DNA of 64,000 nucleotides, taken from Vulcanimicrobiota bacterium (lineage in GTDB: Bacteria; Vulcanimicrobiota; Vulcanimicrobiia; Vulcanimicrobiales; Vulcanimicrobiaceae). A program made the position numbers and the translations under genes. Shown here piece after piece: positions 1-10,310 of the stretch. The stretch lies in the NCBI GenBank assembly GCA_963714015.1, contig OY970223.1, forward strand, positions 384,001 through 448,000, written 5' to 3'. Numbering within the stretch: position 1 is the first letter of the stretch; the number at the start of each line of letters is the position of its first letter. The notes beneath the pieces were generated by a model, which ran no database searches, was not told the origin of the DNA, and worked only from the letters and a program-made list of their open reading frames with translations.

Positions 1-15
1 CAAGCCTCGTCCGGT

Positions 16-963
16 ATGCAGATCGTTCGCGACACCAGCGTGGAGCCTGATGAGATCGCCGCCGCGGCTCAAGCGGTAGCGCGCCGCTATTCCGCCGCTA
101 TCAAAGATATCGACGGCGGCTGCGTGCTCGATTTTTCCGGCGGAGCGGAACTACGGGTACGCACGGTTCCGGAACATGGAACGCGCGCTCGTGTGGAAGT
201 CTGCGTTCGAACGGACCGGCCGGACGAAGCGCGAGATGCGGAATGCGCGCTCATACTCTGTGCAGCACTCTTGACCCCGGGTACGGGTGCGACGGCTTTC
301 GATGATTCCGGAGCCGCTTTTGAAACCGAGCGCCTGTACGCTCTGGCAGCAAGCAACGGCATGCGCGGCGACTGGTTCGGTTTTGTCGCGTCTGCCGCTC
401 AACGACGGTTCCCTTACGAAAGCGCTCCTCTTTTCGAGGAGTTCTGCGACGAGCTCACGGTCTTCAGCAGTGATTCGTGGACGGCGGCGCAGGTCCAGCA
501 AGCGCTCGGCCAATCGCTGGAATTGTTCGGGAGAGCCGCCGCCGAGAGCGTCGACCCCGGGATTCCGGACTCGATAAGCATCATGGAACCGAACGGGGAA
601 CCGCCCGGTCAGTGGCAATGCCTCTTCAAATTCTTCTATGAAGCCGCTTTGGTTTGGGTCGGCGTGCGAGAGGGCCCGGACGAGCGGCGCCCCGACGTTG
701 GCGCACTCCTCGGGAAACCCGTCAGCACCGCGGTTCTCTTCGGGACGGCCGCGCCGGGCGATCCGCAAGATGAACGAACTGCTCTGGAGCTGCGTCGAGC
801 CGACGCTTTCGTTACTGCGCTCGCCGCCGGCTTCATGAAAAGCGCGAACAACATCGCAAGCGACGGTTCAGGGCGCCTTTTTTCGGGCCGCGATCTGATG
901 GAGTTGGCGCTTTACCGGCAAGGCAGAGGGCTCTCTCGCGAGACTTCTTTGCAGCGGACGTAA
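16..963 (+). CDS. hypothetical protein
   Basis: Uninterrupted 315-aa ORF with plausible composition; no motif recognised. Confidence 0.55.
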   Translation: MQIVRDTSVEPDEIAAAAQAVARRYSAAIKDIDGGCVLDFSGGAELRVRTVPEHGTRARVEVCVRTDRPDEARDAECALILCAALLTPGTGATAFDDSGAAFETERLYALAASNGMRGDWFGFVASAAQRRFPYESAPLFEEFCDELTVFSSDSWTAAQVQQALGQSLELFGRAAAESVDPGIPDSISIMEPNGEPPGQWQCLFKFFYEAALVWVGVREGPDERRPDVGALLGKPVSTAVLFGTAAPGDPQDERTALELRRADAFVTALAAGFMKSANNIASDGSGRLFSGRDLMELALYRQGRGLSRETSLQRT

Positions 964-1003
964 ATCCGACGCTGGCCCGATGCCGCCTGCGTACGATCGC
1001 AGC

Positions 1004-1952
1004 ATGGTACAGCCACAGCGCAATGCCGGCGATACCGATGCGACCGCATCGAACCGCATCGACGGCAAGCTCCGCGACGCCGACGGCCGGCAGCAATCGC
1101 AAAACGTCAATGCGACGGATAAGCAGACCGATCTCTACGACGCGATCGTACCAAAATTCAAAATCGATCCGGAGCTCTGCGGGGATCGTCACGCGATCAA
1201 ACGCTCCGGGAGAAGGCACTAGGACCACAACCGTTCCACGAAAGGACACAAGTGTACGACAAAAACCAAGCCGACCAATCAAACTGGCAACAAGGAGCCG
1301 ACCCCTGCGCAGACCGGTCGGGACCAGCAGAATCTTCTCTCGCAGACGCGTCAAGCGTTAGACCAGCGTACCCGCGCTCAAACCGTCTTCGGAAACAATC
1401 CCGCCCACGGGCAAGTCGACCAGGACGGTCACGCAGTTGCTCAACCGCCGCAGGCGCCTGCCTTCACGGGACCGCACGCAAACCGTGTTCGGAAACAATC
1501 CCGCACACGGGCAAGTGGACCAAAATGGCCACGCGGTTGCGCAGCCGTCATCGGTCTCCTATGCAAATCCGAGTTCCAGCCACAGTCCCAGTCCCAGTCC
1601 CAGTCCCAAGCCGGACCTCTCCAAAGATGGCGGTACGAAAGTTGCCTGGACGGGCAAGTTCGTCTCGGCCTATGGCGGTTACGCCGACGACACGCAAGGG
1701 CTGATCTTCAAGCGCACCGACGGCGAAGGGGGACTGCATCACTTCACGCCCGCTCAAACGATGCAGCTGCGCGCCAGCAATAAGGATCTCATCGACGATT
1801 CCATGCGCAACGGTTCGCAAGGAAAGGACGTGAAGGTCACCTTCTCCGTGGACAACGGCCGCGGATCGTGGGGCGTCCAGCAGATGGACCAGAACCAGCA
1901 GCACCAGCAGCAAGGAGACCAGTCGCTGGGGGGCCGGTCCAACCGCAAATAG
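1004..1952 (+). CDS. Q/N/P-rich hypothetical protein with an internal repeat, frameshifted; C-terminus loosely KfrB-like
   Basis: Overlapping ORF pieces 980-1222, 1252-1704 and 1437-1952. The peptide QTVFGNNPAHGQVDQxGHAVAQP is encoded twice. It lies directly upstream of the coupling protein and is followed by a terminator. Start and gene count are uncertain. Confidence 0.4.
1381..1547 (+). repeat. imperfect direct repeat, about 66-nt unit, two copies 100 nt apart
   Basis: aaccgtcttcggaaacaatcccgcccacgggcaagtcgacca at 1381 versus aaccgtgttcggaaacaatcccgcacacgggcaagtggacca at 1481. Confidence 0.9.
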
Positions 1953-1977
1953 ACCAAAGCCTCTGCCTCCACACCCA

Positions 1978-2016
1978 ATTGCCGGCTCCGGATCTTCCAG
2001 GGCCGGCGATTTTTTT
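1978..2016 (+). terminator. intrinsic terminator
   Basis: ATTGCCGGC...GCCGGCGAT stem followed by a T-run, just after the 1952 stop. Confidence 0.7.
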
Positions 2017-2079
2017 GGAAGTTTCATTATCCGACGCACCTTCGACGCTGCGCAGACGCTCGATCCGTACGATACGTCC

Positions 2080-3916
2080 ATGACGAGTCAGTCGATAGCG
2101 AGCCGCGCATACGTTCAGCAAGATCCGCTGAACGGGTGGCTGAGAGCCCTGGGCGCGGGTGTAATCCTGACGCTCCTGGCGCTTTGGGTCTCTACGGAAT
2201 ACGTGGCGGTCCAATTCGGCTTCCAACACGCGCTCGGCACGCCGCTCTTGCCGCACGTCTACGCGCCTTGGGATGGCCTGGTTTGGGAACTCCGCTTCCA
2301 CGGCGTCGCCGACCCGCGGGTTCGCGAGGTCTTGTCCAGATTCTGGATCGGCGCGGGCTGCGGCTCGCTGCTCGGCCTGGCGGCCGCGATAATCAGCGGC
2401 GCGCGCTTTCAATCGAAAACAAAGCGCGGAACCGACGCTCACGGCTCTGCCCACTGGGCGACGAAGAACGAGATCCAAGCCACCGGACTGATCGGCAACT
2501 CGGACGGCGTGTACGTCGGCGCATGGAAAGACGCGCACAACGGCACCGTTCATTATCTTCGCGATGACGGACCGGCGCACGTGCTGGCATTTGCGCCGAC
2601 GCGTTCGGGCAAAGGCGTCGGCTTGGTGCTTCCCACGCTGCTTTCATGGCCGCACTCGGTCGTCGTTCACGACATCAAAGGCGAGAATTATGCGTTGACG
2701 GCGGGATGGCGCGGGCGCGATTTGCGCAGCCGCATCCTCAAATTCGAAGCGACGTCGATCGACGGCACGTCCTGCAAATTCAATCCGCTTTCTGGAAGTG
2801 CGTCTTCGCACGCCTTACGAAGTGCAGGACGTTCAGAACATCGTGAACATGCTCGTCGATCCGGATGGAAAAGGCGCCGAAGGCGACGACGCGCATTGGA
2901 TTGTCTCGGCTTCGGCGATGCTGACGGGGATCGTGCTGCACGTGCTGTACGCCGAGCCACAGCCGTCGCTTGGAACCGTTGCGGCGCTTCTCTCGAGCCC
3001 CATGTTCGAATCCACCGCGCAAATGTTCGAGTACATGCTGAACACGGCGCACGATCCGAACCTGGAGTGCAATTGGAAAGACGCTTCGGGGCAGCCCACG
3101 GCGACGCATCCCGTCGTCGCGATGGCGGCGCGCGACATGCTGAACAAGGGCCCGGAAGAAGGCGGCAGCATCCTCTCCACCGCGATTCGATTTTTGACGC
3201 TGTTTCGGGATCCGATCGTTGCAAATAACGTTGCTTCGAGCGATTTCACGGTACGCGACCTGATGCACGACGATCGTCCGCTCAGCCTGTACCTGGTCAT
3301 CCCGCCTTCGGACATGGATCGGCTCAAGCCGCTCACGCGCCTGATCTTCAATCAGATTCTTCGCGCGCTGACGTCGGAGATGAAGTTCGAGGGCGGCCGC
3401 AGCGTTGCCGGCTACAAACACCGGTTGCTGATGATGATCGACGAGTTCCCTCGCTCGGGCGGTTGGAGATCCTGCAAAACGCCCTGGCTTACATGGCCGG
3501 GTACGGCATCAAAGGCTACCTGATCACGCAAGACGTCGCGCAACTGCAAGCCGCGTACGGCGGCGCGAACTCCACGGAAACGATTCAAGCCAATTGTCAC
3601 GTGCAAGTGGCCTATGCTCCAAACAAGATCGAAACGATGGAGTCTGCTCTCCAAGATGGCCGGCCAGTCGACCGTGCGCACGGAACAGCGCAGTTATTCC
3701 GGCGGAAGATTCGGCTGGCGCAGCAACGTCCAGGTAAGCGTCGCCGAGACGGAGCGTCCGCTGCTTACGCCCGACGAAGCGCGGCGATTGCCGCCCGACG
3801 ACGCGCTCATCTTCGTCGCCGGACACGCGCCGATTTACGGCCGCAAGATCAAGTACTACGAAGACGGCGTCTTTTCGGAGCGCGCCAAGGTCGAACTCGA
3901 GGCGCTCCATGCTTAG
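2080..3916 (+). CDS. traG: type IV secretion coupling protein TraG/VirD4 (three frameshifts, near 2790, 3450, 3640)
   Basis: HGSAHWA, FAPTRSGKGVGLVLPTLLSW (Walker A), VHDIKGEN, LLMMIDEFP (Walker B), LAYMAGYGIK and RPLLTPDEARRLP, spread over successive frames. Confidence 0.92.
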
Positions 3917-4883
3917 CACAATGACAGCGAGCGAAGAGCGCGCCAAGCGGCTTCACGAAAAACTGGAGCGCGAACTCGGCCAGACGATCATGACGTCGCT
4001 TGCGGATCCGAAGATCGTCGAAATCATGCTGAACGCCGACGGCGCGCTGTGGATTGACGCACTCGGCGAAGGCATGCGCTGCACGGGCGATCGCATGAGC
4101 GAACTGCAGGCCGAGAATCTCTTGCGCACGATAGCGTCGGCGCTTGACGTCGTGGTAAACGGCGATCATCCGGTTTTGGAAGGCGAGCTGCCAATCGACG
4201 GAAGCCGTTTCGCCGGCGTCCTTCCTCCGGTCTCGAGCCGCCCGGTGTTCTCGATCCGCAAGCGCGCCGGCTTGATATTCACGTTGGCGGACTACGTCAA
4301 GAGCGGAATTTGTACCGAAGCGCAAGCTCAAATCTTGCGCGAGGCGGTGCGCGCGCGCGAAAACGTGCTCGTCGTCGGCTCGACCGGCTCCGGTAAAACG
4401 ACGCTCGCCAACGCATTATTGGATGAGATAAGCAAGACCCATGCAGACCAGCGCATCGTGATCATCGAGGATACTGCCGAGCTGCAGTGCAGCGCGCCGA
4501 ATTACGTGACGCTCAAAACGAGCGACGGCGTCGACATGACCCGGCTTCTGCGCACCACCTTGCGGCTCCGTCCCGATCGGATCGTGGTCGGCGAAGTCCG
4601 CGGCGCCGAAGCGCTCGCGCTGCTCAAGGCATGGAACACCGGACATCCCGGCGGCGTGGCTACGGTTCACGCCAACAATGCGGTCGCCGGGCTCGTGCGC
4701 ATGGAGCAACTGATCGCCGAAGCCAACGTGCCGGCGCAGCCGCAACTGATCGCTGAAGCCGTCGACGTGCTCGTCTCAATCGTGCGCACGCCGTCTGGGC
4801 GCCGCATCAATGAAATCGTCCGCGTAAACGGCTACTCGCCGGATCGCGGTTACGACATCATCCCATCGCTAACGCAACTCTAG
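3909..4883 (+). CDS. trbB: P-type conjugative transfer ATPase TrbB (VirB11 family)
   Basis: EIMLNADGALWID, GSTGSGKTT, IIEDTAELQC, LRLRPDRIVVGEVRG, KAWNTGHPGG. Confidence 0.95.
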   Translation: MLSTMTASEERAKRLHEKLERELGQTIMTSLADPKIVEIMLNADGALWIDALGEGMRCTGDRMSELQAENLLRTIASALDVVVNGDHPVLEGELPIDGSRFAGVLPPVSSRPVFSIRKRAGLIFTLADYVKSGICTEAQAQILREAVRARENVLVVGSTGSGKTTLANALLDEISKTHADQRIVIIEDTAELQCSAPNYVTLKTSDGVDMTRLLRTTLRLRPDRIVVGEVRGAEALALLKAWNTGHPGGVATVHANNAVAGLVRMEQLIAEANVPAQPQLIAEAVDVLVSIVRTPSGRRINEIVRVNGYSPDRGYDIIPSLTQL

Positions 4884-4897
4884 GAGGTTCAAAAACA

Positions 4898-5224
4898 ATG
4901 TCTCGCATCATCAAGTACTTCAAGGCGGTCACGCCGATCACGGCAATCGCCATGTTCATTAACACGCTTCCGGCCCAAGCCGCTTCCGGCGGCGGCGGAC
5001 TGCCTTGGGAAGGCCCGCTCTCGACGATTCAAGCCAGTCTGACGGGGCCCGTGGCAACTGCAATCGCAGTGATTTCACTCTTCGCCGCCGGCGCCGCGCT
5101 CGTGTTCGGCGACGAAATGAGCAACTTCGTTCGCCGCGTGCTGATCGGCGTGATGGCTCTCGCGCTGCTCATCGCCGGAAGCCACTTTCTCAGCGGCATC
5201 GGCCTGTCGGGTTACACGATCTGA
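4898..5224 (+). CDS. trbC: TrbC/VirB2 pilin
   Basis: Signal peptide, then GGGLPWEGPL..I..SLTGPVA and two hydrophobic helices; RBS AGGAGG upstream. Confidence 0.9.
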   Translation: MSRIIKYFKAVTPITAIAMFINTLPAQAASGGGGLPWEGPLSTIQASLTGPVATAIAVISLFAAGAALVFGDEMSNFVRRVLIGVMALALLIAGSHFLSGIGLSGYTI

Positions 5225-5227
5225 TCC

Positions 5228-5548
5228 ATGGCAACGCAACAGAACGCGCCGCGCAAGGTTGACGTCCATCTCGCGCTGATCCGGCCGCTGCTCATCATGG
5301 GCTGCGAACGCGAGCCGCTGCTCATCTCCGCCACGCTGGCGGCGACGCTGGTATTCGTGCTCGGGAAGATCGTGTTTGCAATCGTCGGGGTTGCGTTCTG
5401 GGTGCTCGCCGTCGCGGTCTTACAACGCATGGCCAAGGCCGATACCGAGATGAGCAAAGTGTACATCCGGCACACGCGTTACAAAACATTCTACGCCGCT
5501 CAATCGTCTTTTGCGGCGATCGAGCCAAACATCAAAAAGCAACAGTAA
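5228..5548 (+). CDS. trbD: TrbD/VirB3
   Basis: RPLLIMGCERE, hydrophobic segment, RMAKAD..MSKVY.RH..Y; lies between trbC and trbE. Confidence 0.9.
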   Translation: MATQQNAPRKVDVHLALIRPLLIMGCEREPLLISATLAATLVFVLGKIVFAIVGVAFWVLAVAVLQRMAKADTEMSKVYIRHTRYKTFYAAQSSFAAIEPNIKKQQ

Positions 5549-5560
5549 GCGAGGATTTCG

Positions 5561-8041
5561 ATGTTACGACTGCGGGAATTCCGCGACCGTGCGAAAGCGT
5601 TACCAGATCTGCTGAACTATGCCGCGCTGATCGACGACGGCGTCGTTTTGAATAAGGACGGCAGCCTCATGGCGGCTTGGGAATATCGCGGCGAAGATCT
5701 CGACTCGGCCGCGCCGATGGAATTGGCGGCGGTCTCGGCCCGCGTCAACAAGGCGTTCCTGCGTTTGGGCAGCGGGTGGATGATCCACGTCGACGCCGTG
5801 CGCATTCCGGCCAACAACTACCCGGCCGAGGGCAAATTCCCCGATCGGACGACCGCCCTCATCGACGCCGAACGGCGCTCTCAATACCAAGCCGAGGGCG
5901 CGCATTATGAAACGTCCTTCATCATGACCGTCACTTATCTGCCGCCGGCCGACGTCGAAGGCAAGGTGCAAAATTTCCTAATCGAAGGCGACGAAAAGCA
6001 TCCCAGCGGCGATGCGGCGCTGAACCGCACGCTGGAGAATTTCCGGATCGGCGCGCGCGAGATAGAAGATCAACTCTCGGCGTCCCTGCACTTGCGCCGC
6101 CTGAAGAGCATTCGTTACCGCGATCAATGGGGCAACGAGCACCTTCGAGACGAGCTCCTCGAGCATCTCAACTACTGTCTTACCGGCGTGCGTCATCCCA
6201 TGGAAGTGCCGGCGGTCCCGATGTACCTGGATGCGCACCTGGGGGGCAAGGATTTCTACGGCGGGCTCACGCCGCGCATCGGCGAGAAGCACATCCGCTG
6301 CATCGCGTTCACCGGTTTTCCGGGATCGAGCTTTCCCGGCATCCTGGACGGCTTGAACCGTATTCCCATGTGCTACCGGTGGTCGAATCGCTTCATCTTT
6401 CTGGACGACGGCATCGCCGAAAAGCAGCTCGACAAGTACCGCAAAAAATGGTTTCAAAAACGTAAATCGCTGGCGAACGTGCTGCGCGAACAATCGGGCG
6501 GCCAGGCGACGCACATCAACGCCGACGCCGATCGCATGGCGGGTGACGCAATCAACGCGCTCGCCGAACTCTCGAGCGGAGTCGTCAAGTTCGGGTACTA
6601 CACCGGCGTTCTGGTGTTGATGGAGGACGACGCCGAACGCGCGGATCTGGCAGCGCGCGACGTCGTTAAACTTATCAATCATTCCGGCTTTACCGCGCAA
6701 GTGGAAACCGTCAATGCAATTGAAGCGTATCTGGGCTCGCTTCCCGGACACGGGTACGCGAACGTTCGGCGCCCCCTGATGCACACGCTCAACCTTGCGG
6801 ATTTTCTTCCGCTCACGAGCGTTTGGTCCGGGTTTTCCGGCAACCCGTCGCCGTATTATCCAAAAGGGAGTCCCCCGCTCGCGTATGCGGCGACGGGCGG
6901 CGCGACGCCGTTCCGGCTGAATCTGCATGTCGGCGACGTCGGGCATACGCTGATCCTCGGGCCTACGGGCGCCGGCAAATCCACGCTGCTCGGCTTTCTG
7001 ATGGCCTCGCATTTCCGCTACGAAAAGGCGCAGATATTCGCTTTCGACATCGGTAACTCGGCGTTCGCGCTGGCGCATGCTTCGGGCGGCGACCACTACG
7101 AGATCGCCGGCGAGCACAGCGATCTGGCGTTTTATCCGCTCGCCGATATCGACAGCCCGAACGAACGTACCTGGGCGGCGGACTGGCTGGAAACGCTCTT
7201 CGCGCTGCAAGGCGTCGTGATGACTCCCGGTCTGCGCAAAGACGTCCATCGCGCGCTGGAGCTGCTCGCGCAAAGCCCCAAACGCACGCTGACTGATTTG
7301 GCGCACACGCTTTCCGAACCCGAACTGCGCGGCGCGATAGCGCACTATACGCTGTCCGGCAGCTTAGGAACGCTGCTCGACGCCGACCGCGACGGCCTGC
7401 GCGAGAACATCTTCCAAGTCTTCGAGATGCAAAACTTGATGGCGCTCGGAGAGAAGAACGCCGTTCCGGTGTTGCTTTATCTGTTCCACCGGATCGAAAA
7501 ACGGCTTCACGGTGAACCGACGCTGCTCGTGCTCGACGAGGCGTGGCTCATGCTGAACTCTCCGATCTTCCGCGACAAGATTCGCGAGTGGCTCAAGACG
7601 ATGCGCAAGAACAATGCGGCCGTCGTCTTCGCCACGCAAAGCATCAGCGACGTCATGCGCTCGGAGATTCGCGACGTCATCGTCGAGTCGTGCCCGACCA
7701 AGATCTTTTTGCCGAACCTGGAGGCACGCAATGAGTTTGCCACCACGGCATATGCCTCGATGGGCCTGACGGACCGGCAGATCGAGATTCTCTCGCAGTT
7801 GATTCCCAAACGCCAGTATTTCTACGTAAGTCCTCTCGGCCGGCGCGTGTTCGAACTCGGTCTCGGACCGGTTGCGCTGAGTTTCATCGGCGCGAGCGGA
7901 CGCGAGGACATCGCAGCGATTCGTTCCCTCATCGCGGAGTCGCCGAACTCGTGGCCGGCAAAATGGCTGGCGGCGCGCGGGCGCAACGATTGGGCCAATG
8001 CATGGCTGCGTCTCGGCGAACGCCTGGAGGCCGTTTCGTGA
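5561..8041 (+). CDS. trbE: TrbE/VirB4 ATPase
   Basis: 826 aa; GVVLNKDGSL, DVGHTLILGPTGAGKSTL, LVLDEAW, REWLKTMRKNNAAVVFATQS, ESCPTKIFLPN. Confidence 0.96.
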   Translation: MLRLREFRDRAKALPDLLNYAALIDDGVVLNKDGSLMAAWEYRGEDLDSAAPMELAAVSARVNKAFLRLGSGWMIHVDAVRIPANNYPAEGKFPDRTTALIDAERRSQYQAEGAHYETSFIMTVTYLPPADVEGKVQNFLIEGDEKHPSGDAALNRTLENFRIGAREIEDQLSASLHLRRLKSIRYRDQWGNEHLRDELLEHLNYCLTGVRHPMEVPAVPMYLDAHLGGKDFYGGLTPRIGEKHIRCIAFTGFPGSSFPGILDGLNRIPMCYRWSNRFIFLDDGIAEKQLDKYRKKWFQKRKSLANVLREQSGGQATHINADADRMAGDAINALAELSSGVVKFGYYTGVLVLMEDDAERADLAARDVVKLINHSGFTAQVETVNAIEAYLGSLPGHGYANVRRPLMHTLNLADFLPLTSVWSGFSGNPSPYYPKGSPPLAYAATGGATPFRLNLHVGDVGHTLILGPTGAGKSTLLGFLMASHFRYEKAQIFAFDIGNSAFALAHASGGDHYEIAGEHSDLAFYPLADIDSPNERTWAADWLETLFALQGVVMTPGLRKDVHRALELLAQSPKRTLTDLAHTLSEPELRGAIAHYTLSGSLGTLLDADRDGLRENIFQVFEMQNLMALGEKNAVPVLLYLFHRIEKRLHGEPTLLVLDEAWLMLNSPIFRDKIREWLKTMRKNNAAVVFATQSISDVMRSEIRDVIVESCPTKIFLPNLEARNEFATTAYASMGLTDRQIEILSQLIPKRQYFYVSPLGRRVFELGLGPVALSFIGASGREDIAAIRSLIAESPNSWPAKWLAARGRNDWANAWLRLGERLEAVS

Positions 8042-9606
8042 AGCGCTATTTCAAACATCTGCTGATCACCACGCCGCTGGCGCTCTTGGCGTACGCCGTC
8101 ATCGCAGTCGTCGAGCCGGGCGCCGTGCACGCGCAAAGCGTTCTAGGCGCCTGCCCCAACAACACGGGCCTGAACGTTCTGCCGCAGGTTTTCTGCAACG
8201 TAAGCCTCCAGTGGCTGACGAACGGCTTCGCCGCGGCCAGGTATTTCTTTACGGCGCTCGTCGTCATCGAGTTCGCGTGGAGCGCGATTCTCTGGGTCTT
8301 CCAAAAAGAAAGCATGGGCGAGTTGCTCTCGGCGCTCGTCCTCAAAGTGATGGGCGTCTCGTTTTTCTACGGGCTCATCGCGCTCGGCTTCGGACAAGCC
8401 TGGATTCCGGCGATCATCAACGGCTTCATTGGACAAGCGGGGCAGGTGACAGGCGACATGAACGTCCCGCTGGACCCGCAGTCGATCTTCTACATCGGCA
8501 TCAACATGTGCAATGCGGTCTTCAGCTATTTGCCGCAGGGCGACTTCTACTTCAACGTTCTAAATTGGAATCAGTCGATTTCGGACGACTTGACGATCGC
8601 GTTTTGCATGCTCGTCAGCGTAGTCTTCGCCTCGATCGTCTGCTTTGCGCTCTTTACCGCGTTTCTCATCGCGGCGGGTCAACTGATCATGACGCTGATC
8701 GAAGCGTACGTCATGGTCGGCGGCGGTGCGATCTTCTTGGGCTTTGCGGGAAGCCGCTGGACCATGAACTTCGCCGAGAAGTGGATCGGCTATGCCATTT
8801 CGATCGGCGTGAAGCTTTTCGTAACGTATCTGATTATCGACCTCGGACTCTCGCTCTTCCCGAGCGGCCAGCCGGGCACGGTCATCTGCCCGCAAAACGG
8901 CGGCGGAAACGACCCGAGCGGCATGTGCGGCTATCTCCACGGAATCGGCGGCACCGTTTTCCAGCACGCCTCGGATATTAATGGTCTCGGCGGCGTCATC
9001 GTGAACTATTTGATCGTCGCAGCGACCGCCATCATCTTCATGATGCTGATGACGCGCTTGCCGAGTCTTGCCGCATCGATGCTCAACGGATCGCCGAGTC
9101 TCTCGTTCGGCAGCATGGTCTCGGCGTTCCAAACCGTCGGTAACGCCGTCGTCGGTACTGTGGGCGCCGTCGTCAACACCGCTCAAACAGTTGCGCAAGA
9201 AGGCGCGTTGGCCGTCGCCGACGCTGCAATGCTCGCGGGCGGAGCCGCGGGCGGCGGTGCGGGCGGCGAAGGCGGAGCCGGTGGTGCCGGCGGCGCAGGC
9301 GGTGCCGGCGCTTCGGCTGCAGGCGGCGGGGGAGCGGAGAGCGCCGCAAGTGCCGGCAGCGCGGACGCTGCATCCAGTTCCGGGAGCGCTTCAAGTCCCG
9401 GTTCATCTTCGGCGAGCGGCGGTTCCGCATCGTCTTCGCCGGTCAACGGCGTTCCGGTTCTCGGTCATGCATTCAACGCGGCGACCGCGACGGTTTCCGG
9501 AACAGCACAAGCCGCAATGGCGGCGGCATCACCCATCACTAGCCTCGAGCAGCACGAAGGCGGCGGCGGAGGCACTGCCCAGATTGGATTGAGGATACAC
9601 GAATAA
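8038..9606 (+). CDS. trbL: TrbL/VirB6
   Basis: GTG overlaps the trbE stop; multi-TM with LIEAYVMVGGGAIFLGFAGSRWT..FAEK..Y.ISIGVKLF; Gly/Ala/Ser-rich tail. Confidence 0.88.
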   Translation: MKRYFKHLLITTPLALLAYAVIAVVEPGAVHAQSVLGACPNNTGLNVLPQVFCNVSLQWLTNGFAAARYFFTALVVIEFAWSAILWVFQKESMGELLSALVLKVMGVSFFYGLIALGFGQAWIPAIINGFIGQAGQVTGDMNVPLDPQSIFYIGINMCNAVFSYLPQGDFYFNVLNWNQSISDDLTIAFCMLVSVVFASIVCFALFTAFLIAAGQLIMTLIEAYVMVGGGAIFLGFAGSRWTMNFAEKWIGYAISIGVKLFVTYLIIDLGLSLFPSGQPGTVICPQNGGGNDPSGMCGYLHGIGGTVFQHASDINGLGGVIVNYLIVAATAIIFMMLMTRLPSLAASMLNGSPSLSFGSMVSAFQTVGNAVVGTVGAVVNTAQTVAQEGALAVADAAMLAGGAAGGGAGGEGGAGGAGGAGGAGASAAGGGGAESAASAGSADAASSSGSASSPGSSSASGGSASSSPVNGVPVLGHAFNAATATVSGTAQAAMAAASPITSLEQHEGGGGGTAQIGLRIHE

Positions 9607-10295
9607 TGAAACTCCGAATTAATCACCGGCAGCCCGCTGCTGCCGTCATGCAAGAGGTGGAGTCGCCGTTCATCGCCGCGCGCCGCGAATGGAACGAGCG
9701 GTACGGCGACTACATCGCCCAAGCAAAGAATTGGCGGCTCGCCGCGATTCTCTCGCTGGCAATCTCCGCGATACTCGCGCTGGGCGCGATGTGGCTCGCG
9801 GCACAGACAAAATTCGTGCCGTACGTCGTCGAAGTCGACAAGCTCGGAGGAGCCGTAGCCGTAGGGCCTGCCGATCGGGCTTTCACGCCCGATCAGCGAA
9901 TCATTCGCGCGCAGCTCGCGCAGTGGATCTCGGACGCTCGATCGGTCAGTTCCGATCCGGTTGCCGAGCGCGCCGCGCTCACGCGGGTGTACGGCATGGT
10001 TGCCGTGAGCGCGAAGCCGTATCTCGACGATTGGTACCGCGGGCACTCGCCGTTCGAAGAAGGCGGCAAGAACACGGTCAACGTGAACGTCGACGCGGTC
10101 TTGCCGCAAAGCGATAAGACGTACCAACTTCAATGGACTGAAGAACAGCGCTCGCTCGACAACACGCGCGTCACGACGACTCATTGGATCGCGAACGTTA
10201 CCGTCGGAGTCAATCCGCCGACCGATGAAGCGACGATCCTGCACAATCCCACCGGACTCTACGTTACCGATCTGAGCTGGACGCAGCGGATCTAA
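9606..10295 (+). CDS. trbF: TrbF/VirB8
   Basis: ARREWNERYG...KNWR, VPYVVEVDKLG, NPTGLYVTDLSW. Confidence 0.93.
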   Translation: MKLRINHRQPAAAVMQEVESPFIAARREWNERYGDYIAQAKNWRLAAILSLAISAILALGAMWLAAQTKFVPYVVEVDKLGGAVAVGPADRAFTPDQRIIRAQLAQWISDARSVSSDPVAERAALTRVYGMVAVSAKPYLDDWYRGHSPFEEGGKNTVNVNVDAVLPQSDKTYQLQWTEEQRSLDNTRVTTTHWIANVTVGVNPPTDEATILHNPTGLYVTDLSWTQRI

Positions 10296-10310
10296 TTGAG
10301 GACTACGATC

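Noticed and set aside
1381..1610. Direct repeats as a possible CRISPR array or iterons
   Set aside because: Only two long copies, differing mainly at third codon positions, so it is a protein repeat; no cas genes in the window.
9230..9440. Gly/Ala/Ser low-complexity GGC repeats
   Set aside because: Ordinary TrbL C-terminal tail, not a repeat array.
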